A DNA stretch of 64,000 nt from Phoronis australis (Eukaryota; Animalia; Phoronida), in NCBI GenBank assembly GCA_002633005.1, contig NMRA01000152.1:756812-820811 (forward strand). The letters run 5' to 3'. The notes under the pieces were generated by a model that was given only the letters and a program-made list of their open reading frames with translations, was not told the DNA's origin and ran no database searches. Shown here piece by piece: positions 37,031 to 51,360 of the stretch. Every line of letters begins with the position of its first letter. The stretch's first letter is position 1. The translations under genes and the position numbers were made by a program.

Positions 37031-40000
37031 ATGGCCGCTTCCAGTGGGTCGGATGAACAATTCCGGCAATTTGATGGATTTGGCACGCCAGGTTTCACGC
37101 AAGTGATTGGTAAGACTCCTACTCCTGTTTATTATGATTTAAGTATCCAATTTAATGCCGTTGGCTGCTCTGGATAAAGTATTGTTTGTCAGAACAACAA
37201 GTTATTCCATTAACATGTGACAAGTGCACGAGTCACAATGACACTGACTTTACTGTGCCTGGTAGTGTGGAGATAGACAGTGCCACTGTTTCGACTAGCG
37301 GCAGAAACGGTGAAGAGCTTCATACGCCGGAAACTTTTCACTGACTAAAACATCAAAGTCACATTGTCGTAAATATCTTTTGCTTACAAAGGGACACCTT
37401 TTAGCGACGCTGTTGATGTATCTTATTCCTTCCAACTCGAACAAATATTCCCGAACTTAATCTTCGAGCAGTTCCTCGTTCAGTTCCCAAAATCTGTAGC
37501 TCACTATTTTTAACTCTGCGCGCAGCAGGTGGTGTGATGTCATATCCCCTGCCGCGCGCAGTGTTAAAAATGGTTACCGATTTTTCAAACTGAACGAGGG
37601 ACTGCTCGAAGAAATAGTTTGATAACAGGAGTATTTGTTTGAGTTGGAAGGAATTAAATAACAGAGCAAGTCTCCAGTGAACAACAAAAATGTGCATTTC
37701 ACCTCGTCACGCAAACGTTTCAGTTCAGTTACACATGATAACGCTCAATTTCATAAAGGCAAAGGAAGGAAACACCGTTCTTCTAAGCCTGTCGCTAGCG
37801 AAGTGCCCGACACATACAGTCGCGCCCGCATGCTCTCATAACAAAGGCGCATTGAGGAGCAACAAAAACATTAGCATAGGAATAACTGAACAATTATAAC
37901 TAAATAAGATTAACGATAAGCATACAGCTACTAACGTCTCGTCACATTCTGTTTTCCTCTAGACACAAAAGGTATTTATATAACAATGTAGTACTGATGT
38001 TTTAGTCAGTGCAAGGCATATTTCACCGAAAATCTTCTGGCTTATGGAGTGCCCATAGGAGCTTCACAGTCTCTTCTGACTTTGCAGTAGAGACTGTGGT
38101 CACTGTCTAGCCTTTGCCTAACTCACGTGACTCAGTTGAAATACTTAATGCTTATCGCACATGCGGTGAAAAAGTTAACAGTGACCAAAAAAGTGGAATT
38201 GGAATTCTTCATAAAAGTCACCTTAACTCTCATAGCTATGCTTCATTGAAAATATGTGTAGAAACAGAAAAGATCACTGAAGAAAGTATCGAATCTCTGG
38301 ACAGTTTCGGTGGCACTGACTAAAAAATATTCTAGCTCTTTGTCAGTAATAAAAAAATGAAAAGTGGGCACAGCAACTGTTTCCTGGTCAAAAATCTGGT
38401 TAAACGAGATTGAAAGAATATTAAAAAATGAATCCATGTGATATTTTTAACTCTGATCATTGTTTGGTATATCCACCGAGTAAATCAATACGCGTGGTAG
38501 TTTATCTTCAATCGTACCCAATGGTTGTAGCTTTTAGATTATTAGTTCATCGGTTTTTAAAAATCGAAAACCTTATTTGGTTGTTAGTTGGTAGTTAATG
38601 CATTTTGAAAATTTGCCATTATGTACAGTCAGAGATGTTTAATACAGTTCATGGACTGGACTCTTATTTTAGCAAAGTCTGAAAACGAGTGCGGGGGTCG
38701 CTTATACATGTAGGGGCATGGGCGCTTATTAGGACGAATGTTATTATTTATAAAATAATTTTGGCTAAAATGACATTGCATTGTACATTACAATAAGAAA
38801 TCAGTTCCAAGAATAATGGTATTTTACTTGCTGTGAGCACATGGACCGGTCTTCCGTCTTTCCCCCTTCGCTTCGTTTCGGAGTAGTCCACAAATTCCGT
38901 AGTGCACGACCACACTCTGTGTTCTTTTGTCTAGACGAATCGCGTAATGGGTGACATCTACTGAATCGTTAGGATCGCATTGTGCCGATGTTTACTACCG
39001 GAGCATCGACACGCTGACTAAACTGAACCTTAAATTCATGATAAAAACAGCACACGTAGGAGAAAATTTATTCATGTTCATCGGGAAAACGATATAGTGT
39101 TTTTGCGCTCTGAAAATTCGCTCGCCACCTGGGCTACTGGCAAGTCAATTTCTATTCGCCCAGCACCATTTTTACTGGCATTCGCAACTGGGCGAGTGGC
39201 TAAGTATATCCCTGGTGTTCCCATTGGGTAATATCTGACACAACTTTGTTGGTCAACTTATCAGTCGTTGAGGATATATTTCTGACTAAATGACCCATGG
39301 CGTAACAAATATGCAGACACTGGGAAAATCAATTTTATGTAAAAAATGGCAATTGTGACAGCTTACACGGCTGCAGTCTTCACGAAATTAATTACATCTG
39401 GATATTTATTTCGCCCTAAAAATAGCCCACCCATCTTGACTTGCGCACTCATGTATTGTCTCTCTGTGGATTCTTGCACCGCACTCAGTGGAACAGAAAA
39501 TTTCAGTAAGCTTCTGTTACGACATGTAGCATCACCATCCCCTACTACGAGTGCATAATAAGTCCCCAACCCCTAGTGCGGGTTTATTTGTAGCCCCATC
39601 CTCTTAGTATTTCGGGCCCATGTAGTCCACCTGTCTGACTCGTCAAATGGTCGTGTTCACTTTCTCTGCATGATGCCGGAATTCGGTATAAATGGGCACA
39701 GAATCCACGTGCTATACTGTGGCTTGTGAAGACAATTGAATTCTTCCCTTACACACACGTGTGTCAACATTTTTATACGTTTATTTCAAAAGCAAATACA
39801 AGTGAGAAGTTGAGTCCGGAGTTATGTTTCAACTGAAACACCAAAGTTGTAGGCAACGTGTCACCCCTCGGCTGGCTGTGCCTGCGGTATTACAAGGTGA
39901 TGTAACTGCCTACACAGAAAGAAGTATGCGTACCAGTTATAAGTGATTTGATTGTCACTTTTGAAGTTGAATTTTTCTGGAAATTGGTCTATTTTCCTTC

Positions 40001-43000
40001 AAAGTTTTTGGTATTGTTTGTATATAAAGGCAGACAAACAGTTACCATTTCAGTGAAAGCGGCAAACTTGAATTTAGACTTTGAAAGTCAAAATTCTGTC
40101 ATATACCTGGGGTCAGATATCAGTTGCATGTGTATACATATCCAGGTGAGGTTATGTAAACATTACCATAAAGGCACTAGAGAGTAAAGATAGATAGATA
40201 GATAGATAGATACTTAGATTGATAGATAGATACAAATAGTCATGCATCTACACAAGTTGTTCCTACATGCAACTTAAACTGACAAGAGTGGGACTTGAAG
40301 TAGCCGAAAGTAAACAACTAAACTTCAGTTTTACTAAGACTATACATAGTCATTGATTACTTTAGAAATATCAAAACAATGCAAAGGGAGTCGCTTGGAT
40401 GAAAACCACCTATACCTATACTTGTAGTTCGTCAACAATTCATTTCACTGCATGAGCGATACATTAACTTGTGTTGAGTATCAACAAAATGATTATGTAT
40501 TTATGTAAAATGTGTACATTTACATAGACACATACCTAGGGATTACAATACAAACTACCGATGCAGTAATGGGAGAAAGTAAAATAAGGTACAGATTAAG
40601 AATGATATAACCTAAACTTTAACATGGTTGGCTCAACAAAGGAAAATAAACGAATGAATGCGTTATGCATTATATTATACTAAGAGAAAAAACCACATTT
40701 ACAAAGTAAAAAAGAACTAAAATAAAGAATAAAAATGGCTAGACAGGCAAAATTATACGGTTGTATGATTGAAGTTTATTACACAGAGTACGGAAACAAG
40801 AATCAGGGTGATAGGTAAGACATGTATCTCTAACACATTTAAAATTTTAAAGTTGTAGCGATGCTGAGATGCACAGAATCTGAAGTTTGATATTGAGTAT
40901 TTTTATGAATAGTTTTGTAACGTGAATTTTCGTGGCTGAGGAGAAGGTGAGAATGGAGTGAGTAAATATCTTTTCAATTATGTTTTTGGAATAATATGAC
41001 AGTTAATAAGCTCTGGAAGAAAGTTGCAGAGGCTCTTGGCTTGAGGGACTCGGAAGCATGCCAGTCAAGTGACTCCACAGACTGACACGAACATCATGAT
41101 GGTAATTGATCTAATTAATTGATTTCATGAAATAAAAAAACGATTGTAAACCAAAGGTAAATTGTCTGCAAAAAATATTGTTAATTTAAAGTTTGAAGTC
41201 GGCACATAACTTGAAGCGAATCGCTACTCGTTGTGACAATTTCGTGGCGACTTGAGATTTTCCCCAGGTCAACAAACACAATCTGAAGCCGCATTGATGA
41301 GCTGCATTTGACCAAATGGATCCCTGCGCACTTTTGTTTTAACACCTGACACCTGTTTGTTCCAGATCGGTTAATTGGAGAAAACAAGGTGAGACAGAAC
41401 ATGTTTGTACCTCAAGGCATTGGGCTGACACCTATTGATCAGATACATCCTGCTACTACCTTCGTCACCAAGACATTTGAGAGCTGTGCTTTCAAAGGAA
41501 CTATGAGCTTAGTTTTAGGTAACTTTTACTATTAAATTGATTTAAATTTGTTGAATTACAAGGAAAGTGATCTGTTAATCTGACTGCTTGTGCTTGAATT
41601 TATGAAGAATTGGGGTCTCTTGAAGTAAACTGTCATAACACTGTGAATGCTAATCTTTATAACTACATTTAGTAATTTAGTCTAAACTATGGTATGTTGT
41701 CAATATTTAGTTGACTAACCCATTCTTCGCAATTTTTAATTACTTCGGAATGCCAACTTTGGTGATTTTTTGAAATTACCTTTGATCACTTTGGTTACCA
41801 CTGAAGTTTCTTACGGTCAACTGGTCCTGCCTACCAAAACTTGAGCTTTGAGATGCCCAAAAACAGCCAAACATTGTTTGGTATACAGTAAGAGTTATTT
41901 CAGATACATTTTTATTATGTGTTATAAATATGTACAGGAGTACAGAGCTGCGTGTTTCTGTTCATGTGATTGTATATGTACTATATCACCTTTTAACGCT
42001 TACACTGTAGACACGATGATCCTGAAATACTCTTACCCTCTTTGACTCATCTTTTGAAATAACGTATTCTACTCCATTTTTCATAAACTACTGCATAATG
42101 CTGATCTAAAATGAACATTGAGATGAAAACTCTCATAGGACCATTGTGACCACGAGCGCTCCCTGATTCAACATATGGTTGATTCAGTGCTATCGTTAGA
42201 GTGTGCAAATTTCTTTCTCCTTCCCCAAACAAAACGTAATTGGACATAGGAAGTTCTTTCCCCCCTCCCATACCAATTATACTGCATTAACGTTAATGAT
42301 TATTTTATCAATAAATAGAACCTGGCAAAACTTTGGTTAAGTCCTCTTTGTTTCATTAACTCAGTCACAAGCCTTAATTATTATTTAGAATTGAGCTGCT
42401 GGGTATGTTAATGTGTGCTGTTTTAAAAGTATACTTGAAATGAAAACCTGTTTATAACGGAGATTTGTTGTTGGTTGCAGGTTTTGCCTTGGGAGGAGCA
42501 TTCGGTCTCTTCACAGCGGGTGTTGACCCCATGAGTACCATGAGTACTGAAACACCTTCCACCAGGATGGTGTTTCAAGAAATGAAAGCCAGGTCACTTT
42601 CTTATGGGAAAAACTTTGCTGTTGTTGGCTGTATGTTTGCTGGCTCCGAATGTCTCATTGAATCGGTTGGTACCAGTGAGGTCTTCCATTGTTAAATGAT
42701 TTGTTTTGTTAATTCAAAATTAAAGCAGGTATTTTCATAGGATACAACGATGATCACTGGTAGACCCCAGATCATTCAAACATTGTTACAATCCACCTGA
42801 GCTATGACATTTACTCCTTAAACATGCCAGCTGTATTGTAGACAGGTTCTTTGGTTTAGAGTGAACTTTGGTCACAACAAATGGTTTAGAAAAGTCCCGG
42901 AAGGGTTTGCTGTAACACCATCTGACTGTATTTTGTGTATCATTTTTAATGTTATATTTGTAAAACTCACGTAAGGTCGGGAGGTTGTTCTTGAGTAAAG

Positions 43001-43760
43001 GGAATTCCGAATTATTTGACATGACTTACGTTCATCATTTGGAAAGTGACAAGGATAATTTCCAAACATAAAACTCATGGAAAGTGAAAATGGTATCAAA
43101 AAGTTATGGAAAAATAATGAAAACCTTAATTGTGATATATAGAAAAACCTCATTTTGCACACCGTATCACAAATATGTTGAATTATGCTTAATTTTAGGA
43201 AAAAAGACTGCGTGTATTTGTGAGTAAATTGTGGAAAATGAACTTTTTATCCTGGAAAACTCATCAAAAATGCACGACACAATTGTGTATTTGTGATTGG
43301 GAACTCAGGTCTGAAATATCAAGTGTACCAAATGGAACAACCGTTTGGGGCCATTATGAGTGAAAGTGCACCTGACTTTTACAAGTTTCATGTAGATTCA
43401 ATAGTTTGACATAGTGTTTATGACAAACATATTCTCGGTCTAATATGTGATTAGAACCACGTTACATTGATACCACACAGTGGTATTGATTCAGTCGGTT
43501 CAGTGTCCCAGAAAAAAGCTTGTAGCAAATACTTTTTCTGAAACTTAGAATACTGATATATTTAGTAGATTGTTAGACTTAGAGAAATACAAAACCTTTT
43601 AAGGTAGATTACAACACAACAATGAAATACATAGTATTTACTTTTAAGTGTGTTGTAGTCTACACGTACTTGTACTTCATATTGCAGTATAGAGGAAAAA
43701 GTGAACTGATTAATGGAACCTTTGCGGGAGGTCTGACTGGGGGAGTCCTGGGATTAAGAG
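37031..43760 (+). CDS. TIMM22: Mitochondrial import inner membrane translocase subunit Tim22 (4 exons found; terminal exon not located)
   Basis: Exons 37031-37109 (MAASSG..), 41366-41518 (DRLIGEN..FESCAFKGTMSLVLG), 42481-42665 (GFALGGAFGLFTAGVDP..SLSYGKNFAVVGCMFAGSECLIES) and 43688-43760 (YRGKSELINGTFAGGLTGGVLGLR); phases consistent. Confidence 0.92.
40188..40230. repeat. (GATA)n microsatellite
   Basis: Interrupted GATA run. Confidence 0.85.
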
Positions 43761-43929
43761 GTTTGTAGTTATCAGTCATCCTTTCATTTAAAACTGCTTT
43801 TGTCATTGAAGGTGGTATCTTGTCTAGTAAGTTTTCCCCTCAGGATTGTCTTTAATATAGTCAACGGTTTCTTGTCGCTCTATTGTTGCCCCTTATCTTA
43901 CCTTAGACCAAGGTGGAGCCATGTCTAAA

Positions 43930-44240
43930 GAAGTGGCTGTGGATGCACTATTGGACAGAGATGGTATTGCACAATAGTGCATCCGTCCATCTGATAAAGC
44001 AGCCAGAAGTGGCTGTGGATGCATTATTGGACAGGTGTGTTATTGCACAATAGTGCATCCATCTATCGCATAAAGCAGCCGGAAGTGGCTGTGGATGCAT
44101 TATTGGACAGAGCCAGAGGTGTTATTGCACAATAGTGCATCCACCTATCGAATAAAGCAGCCAGAAGTGGCTATGGAAGACAGGTGTGTTATTGCACAAT
44201 ATTGCGTCCACCCATCTGATAAAGCACCTGAAAGTGGTTA
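43930..44240. repeat. Tandem array of ~76-82 bp palindrome-containing units
   Basis: Units start at GAAGTGGCT at 43930, 44006, 44082 and 44164. The first three contain GGATGCA(T/C)TATTG..CAATAGTGCATCC; the fourth is internally deleted. The motif recurs at ~44711-44812. Confidence 0.9.
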
Positions 44241-47200
44241 AGGTGTCCCACTATGCCCAAAAACCTGGAAAGGTATTTACAACAACGTCATTTTGATGCT
44301 TTGCCTTTAGTCAGTGTGAGGCATAGTTTGCCAAAATTCTGTCCTATAACTCTCAGGAGGTACACCGTCGCTTGTCAGCTAGAGACGGTGGTCAGGGTCT
44401 CAGCTCACGGCTGAAGTGAAGTACCAGTGGGGAATTCGTAGTCCCGGATGTCATACCTTGCAGTATGTAGTGTATTAGAGCCTTTTAGAGACGATCAGAA
44501 CCCGAGGACGAGCTCACGTAGGCTTCCCAACCAGTGCCAGCCAACAAAATCTCCTACATTTGTACATTTAGAAATAATTCAAGCTCAACACTCTTTGAAA
44601 GATACTCACACACATCAGTGACATTTCCCTTTATCTCTTTTTTCCAAAATAAACAACATAAGAAGCACAAATGATGCTTTTATAATAAGTCGAATAACCA
44701 GCGGACTGCTTGGATGCATTATTGCGCAAAAACCGGAAACCGAAAAAGTAGCGCATGCGCAGACCACGCAAACCAGCTCTGGATGCATTATTGGACAGGA
44801 TGCATTATTGGACACGACACCGGCGCACGGGTTTATGGAGACGGCTCCGAGTCCATGAGGCGGCGGCGGAAAACTCAGTGCCGGGTAGTCATACTTACGA
44901 GATCAACATCGAGGTTCTAGCAGGATGGGGGGACACGCTGCATGCAGATAATGTCATACTTATAGCTGTGCTTCAATCGGCAGGCTGTTTCAGCGCGCTT
45001 GTAGTGTCTAGTACGTGGAAATCTGATTTATTTGTCGTAAAATCGTGATAAAATTCTCTTTCCTGTGGCAACGCGAATGCGTGACTCTTGAAATTTTGGT
45101 GAAAAGTTTAGCATGTATTCTAGTCAGGTTTGTCTTGGAAACGAAGTTTTTTCGTACACCCAGTCACTCCTTTCTTTTGTACAGACCAATGAATTTTGGC
45201 TACGCGGGTTGTTGTCGACAGGACTGCATGTGTCTCATTTTTCCAGTTTTCAGAAACTGCGTTCGAAGTAACCTATCAAGCACGATACCCTTTTTGTTTC
45301 ATAATAGAAGAATTAAAGAAACCGTTGTTCAATGTGTTTTACTTTCAATTTGCCTACGGCGATAAAATATAGCGAGACCAACCAAAAACAAAACAGTGCC
45401 TACAGTATTGCTAGGAGGCGCCTGAACGCCGAAATTTTAGGTCACCACACACCATTTGGAAAACCATAACCTAATTCTGCTAAAGCCGGGGAATCGTTAT
45501 GGTTTATAGGAGGTTCTTTCGCGAAGAATGAATTAACTTAAGAGGCATCAAGTTCTAGTGAAGTCTTCGAGTGGCGTGTTATCAACCTCAATCACCGGCT
45601 ACACCACCTGCCGGGACCGGGAGTCGACTTCTAAGAGGATACTAAACCCTGTTTTGGTGACTGTAATCAATCCTCGTTCTGTCACCTGCTAATGTAGCAT
45701 TGTCGTCTCACTCGAGTGATAAAAGCAAGATTCAACTAAATGCACATACGTTCACGCTGTGTCAAAGATTGGATATTATGGCTCTTGGTGGGGGGCGGGG
45801 GTTGTTTCCTCGAAAGTTCTGTGTAACTCGCCTACTAGCGTAGGTCACTCTTGTCTATTAGTAGACTTCGTTGTTAGTTTTCGGGAGAATTTGATCCAAA
45901 CTTTTGAGGATTGTCGAGGCTTATAGGGGACCATTTTGTTTCACCGAACTGGATGGGAAAGTCGTTTCTAATATCTGTTAATAGGCCAAAGTCGGTTTAC
46001 CGGTATCTTTTCATGGCACGGTCAACTTGTGTATGCGTAGCTGGATGGGGTCTGCTTTTGTGTGACGGTGAAAACTACGACTTACAAATGACGAATCAGT
46101 AAGTGCGAACTTTCACATGTAAGCGTCAGCGAATGGGCATCACAGGGAAAAGGAAAAGTGGTCACCACTAAAAAAATAGCGAGTTATGAAGTGGTGAGGA
46201 AGAGCACAAAATTTGCAAGCCGGAATGCAACGAAATTCGGGGGTACTGGAAAATTTCTGGTGGCTAGAATGACAAAGTACACCCGTCAGCCAGACACAAA
46301 ACTGGTGATTGTCAAGTGTACAGTAAGCATCAAGTCAATGTGGCGAGTCTCTGCACGAATTTAGTTTTGGAACACTGAAATAAGGAGTATCAAAACAAAG
46401 CAAGAGTTCAGAAATGACAGTACATAAATGATGCCCTTAGAGAGTGTGGATTGACCACGAAAAAATGCGATCAGAGATAAAAGCTCGCTTTTCCTAGTAA
46501 AGAAAGGAAGACCGAGGACATCGGGAAGAGCTTCAATAATTCAAGCATCAGACTGTGTGCCTTCAAAATTGAACTCTTGAAACTCAAAATTAACAAACAT
46601 CGAATTAAAAACAGTTGTGTCCTGTTTTATCGATAGAGGAAAAAGTTGTGTTTGTTCTGGTGCCTTCCATACAGGGAAATGCAATAAAATGAGAAGATTA
46701 CACAACATAATCAAGATGTCGGATCTGTTTATCCATAAGCCAGGTATTCTTAAAAAACCGACACCAAAATATTAAAATTGCCACTACGGAGCGCAGAACA
46801 TGTCAGAGCTATGTGAAAATGGGCAATTGCTGTATTTTTCTTTATAGGAAAACATAGGTCAAATTCAAGTTCTGCAGAGGGTCTTGACAGTTACACAAGC
46901 AGACACAAACAGGAATAATTGCCACAACAACATGCAGTAGTAGTTCAATCCCTCCGAACACCAGTGTAAGCAGAGCTCTTGTCAATGGGAACTTATCCCT
47001 CAAGTTTCTTAATAATCTTTTAAACAATTTGGTAGGTAGAGAGGCAGACTGCGCAACACTAAAATTGCCACTAGAAGGTTCACAATTACACAACTAAGCC
47101 GTTCAAAAAACAAAAATTCTTCTAACTGGAAGCATAATGTTGGGAACAAAAGGTACAAAGGAAAATACTGTGTTGGGTAAGCTTAACTGCTGTGGTATTA

Positions 47201-47789
47201 ATTTAATTACCTGCATCTGACATTACTCAAGCCAAATAGCTAATTGTTGTGTACCAAGGCTATGATTAACAATCAGAGGATGACCCCGCTATTGAACACA
47301 GTTATTAGAACAGAAAAGTGAAGAGCACACCTTACTCACATCAGCTGACATTTTCAGAACTACCAGACTGCATCACACTTATGGTTTGAAGAAGTTATAT
47401 CTTCATTGTTTTCATTTTCATAGAAAGGGCTGAAAATGCCATTTTCACTAAGTAAGAAAGGCTAAATTGACCAAAAAATCTTCAGAAAAGATAAGACAGT
47501 TTTTGTCACAGAAAATTCCAGTGTTCCTAGTAATCTTCAGCTGAAAGGAACGAGCCTGATGCTCAGTACCTGCGACTCAACTCCCGACACCCTACTATAC
47601 AAGGGTTCCCCTTCACCAGCAACGGACAACACACAACAACTGTTCTATCCAGCATTCAGGCCCTGATGACAAGATTCACTTTGCGAAGCCCAGTAATTCT
47701 TCCATGTGGGCAGCTTGTAAGTTTCCACTTTTTCAATACACATCTTCAGACCAGCACATCAAGTACAACTTAACACCCATATAAGTAGG

Positions 47790-50700
47790 TCAATACCCTT
47801 CTGCCCAAGGGTTCTCCTCAAGGAACGCTTCCACTACTTCCTTCATCGACAGATTTGGAATCAATTGTTCTTGAACAAGTTCTTTTCTGGTGACAGGATC
47901 AAAATGGCCGACTCTCTGAAACAAAAACAGTAAACTGCTGCTTTAACAAAATTATTGTAGAAAGATGTGTCACTTAGTCGCAATATGGCATGTGATAGTG
48001 TTTAGATGTACTAACTTCATATGGTATCACCTAAAGCAAGGTGTACAAAAACAACTGTAAATAGCAAGTTGTCTAGGCAACAGTGCTCATTTGATTAGAG
48101 AAAAAACATTGTGAAGTTCACCCAAACCAACCTATGCTGTAAGTTCTAATGAAGGTCAAGAACTACCACAATGTTGCAATGAACCGTAAAAGCCAAGCAA
48201 ATGTTTGAAACATGCTGACTAGGCCCCAGGATCTAATCTTTCTATTCGAAATAGAACTCAAAAATATTTTTGATATTTTTTGTCGTCTTTTAATATGAAG
48301 TCAAGATAATTACCTCTTCTTCTGTGCTATAGTATATCACGGATTACGCAATCATTCAAGTGTGGAGTCCAAATTTGCACTTGATGACCCCTGAACTTGA
48401 GCTACAAACTCGAGTAAAAACTCAACATTTTCAGATGATTGGAATTTGTAGCTTTAATGCTGGAGTAATCACGTGCAAAAACCATAATATAGTCCAGCAC
48501 AGAATTACAGACACTTATCTTGAGTTCGTATTAAGTAAAATGGAAATTGCTAAAAATAATTTTGATTTCTAGTAAAAAGAGTAGAGCCTGGGCCTTGACT
48601 GCAAGTAACCAGAAAAACATGACAAACATTATCGATGGTGTAACAATGTATGTTTTGAGATTCATGTAAATTGCCCATTCCTAGCTAAGCACTAGGTAAC
48701 TACTGACCATATAGAAGGGGAACAGGTCAGGGCAGTTAAACTTTTGTTTGGCCAAATATCATATTTGTCTCGCTAAACCAATCAACAGCAGGTAAGAGGC
48801 TCCTTCTCAGTAGAATTCTTCACTTTCACAGAGGTAAAAATATGCGTTGTTTGTTTTAAATGTTAAAGCATGAGAAAGACTAACATTGACAGAGGGACAA
48901 CACAACTTCTTTCATTCATCAACATTTTAAGATGTGGGATAATTTTGTGTGAATAATTCAAAAATACAACACCATGATAATCACAAAGAATTTATAAAAA
49001 GATGTTGGGAATCCCAGAGTGCTAAATTCTCATTCATGAATGCTGAACGCCATCCACCAACTACTCAATCGCCACCTATGCGCAAGGCGTATTTCATTTA
49101 TTTTTTAATTGATACTGCCTGCTATATGCGAAAATGGCTTATCTGATGTAGAGTAGTGGAAACCTTGGTATGCAGTATTGACCACTAGTTTTCTGTAAAA
49201 TTATCCTGACATTTGTCACCCTGATGCTAGTAAAGTTTTAAATTTGCATAGTGAGATGCAATGCTACAACAAAAAGCTGATAACCAGGGTGGGGCGCCAT
49301 CTCAGCTCAGAAACATTTTAATAGGCTGGACTTTCTTAAACAGCATCATACAAACAAGAAAACATTTTTCTAACTCTTCAAAACAGGAGAGAAGCAATCA
49401 GGATGTGGTTATTCGGTGTCCACACAATTATCAACTTTAGCTGGCCCTTTATCTCTTGTTCTGTTTCATCAAGATATCACACCATGTCCCAATCACAATA
49501 TCTGACATACTAACTTGTAAGTGTTCTTCAATATCCTTTCTGTCATATGTAATGCCACTGGGCGTGATCACAGGGTCTCGTAACAGTTCAAAGCTTATTT
49601 TACCACATAAATAATCAGGAACATCCCTCATTTTTCTTTTGTCATCAACCAGCTTAAATATGTTTTTAACTTCATTTATCTTTTGAGCCTGAAAATACAA
49701 TAGAATAACATGTAAAATCAGTTTTACACATGAAAATACACTTCAAAGAAAACAACTAGCAACAACCAAGCACAGTGATCATAATCTATTTTTAGTCAAT
49801 GAAGGGCCAAAAAATAGCTTGCATGTGTTAGTCTGTCTTTTCAAAAAAAATCTTTTCAGGAGTGAACACACACCAAAATTAAGTATGCTTTTTTGGCCTA
49901 ACAAGAACAAGGAAACATGTTAAAATCAAAAGTGAACTAAATGGGAAATAACAACAAGTCCAAAGAGCATGGGAGTGTTCTGTGTGGGAACAATGTGACC
50001 CTGGGGTTAGAAGGTCACCATGTCAATTTGAAATGTACATTTAATAAAATAGCATAAGCAGGTCATGGAGTTTTCTGAATGAACAATTATGAAATGTACT
50101 TTCCATTTAGATTTTAACAAGGCACAATTATTAAGTAACGACATACGTGCTCTTTTTCTATTTTGTCAATTTCAGACTGACAGCTGTTATCACCAGTTAA
50201 CTCCTGCACCTCCATAGTCTGTCTGAAACAGATAATGCATCACATTTTATTGAAAGAAACTAATTCAGTATAATTCAGCAGAATGTCCTCTATAATATGA
50301 GTCTCGTTAAAGATGACACAACAAAAGTTACTAACAATTTTCCATCTACGGATAATTTCACATAAACGGAAAATTATAACTATCGTCATGTCGTCTTTAA
50401 TAAGATAATAAGAGTTGTATTAAAGAAACAAATGTGTAAAGCTACTATGAGACCAGTCTCTCTCATAAGACCAATTTCTTATTTAAATTGTTTATATTAA
50501 TTACCAATTTGTTCCCTATTTACATTTCTGGGCTCGTGAAATGTCGAAGGTTCTTATCGCTCAAAACCCAGCTCAAAAAGTGACTTGACCAATCTAGTCA
50601 TTTTATGTGTCAAAAGCAATATGGATGGCAGAATAGGCCAATGGGGCTATTCGGTAAATCTGCAATAACTAGAGGGCGTGAGTGTACTAGTGGTGATAGA

Positions 50701-51197
50701 TTAACAGCCTCGATNGTGCTATGCGCATCCACAATCATGCTTGGAGCAAATGTTTACACACAAAATGTTGGGCCCCCCTTGTGATATCCTAGATCCGCCA
50801 CGGTGACTTGTCTGTTTGGAAAACCATAGCATTCTTGACCAGTTTATTTGAAGAATAACTTGCCTGTTTAGTAAACTACTTGTCTGTTTGTCAAACCACT
50901 TGTTTATTTGGCACTGGTGTCTATTTTGAACCTTTTCACTGTTATAGTTTGTCAATATTCAGTAGACATGAGGTGACCAGCTGACATGTTGTAATGTTTT
51001 GGCGGTCCCCAATTCCGAGCGAGTCGTGACTCTCACATCACTTAGCTTCGTTCCTTTTATATCATAATTCGATCACTCTACCTGCACTTGATACTCACTA
51101 TTGCCTTGGAATAATAGGCAGCAGCGTCAGCATATTTCCTAGTAGAGAAACAGCGATTGCCTTGTTCTTTAAACTCAAAAGCCGAAACATTCGCCAT
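47790..51197 (-). CDS. STUB1: E3 ubiquitin-protein ligase CHIP (TPR plus U-box); internal exons missing from the assembly
   Basis: Exons 51099-51197 ([36 protein letters not shown]1), 50147-50222, 49515-49688 ([38 protein letters not shown]) and 47790-47915 ([28 protein letters not shown], stop). U-box matches CHIP closely. Confidence 0.93.
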
Positions 51198-51360
51198 GAT
51201 CCTAACTTTTTCTAATCACATAAGAGGGCGCTATACATTTAGTCATTGTTGCGCTTACCGTAAAACCCTGCACATAAGCCCGTAGTGATCATGCAGGAGT
51301 TGTGGTAAACACCGCGGGTACCCATTGTTGCGTGACTGAGCTAGCTCGATCGAGATCTAG

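Noticed and set aside
43930-44240. CRISPR-like array of palindromic repeats
   Set aside because: Whole units repeat in tandem without unique spacers, there are no cas genes, and the context is eukaryotic.
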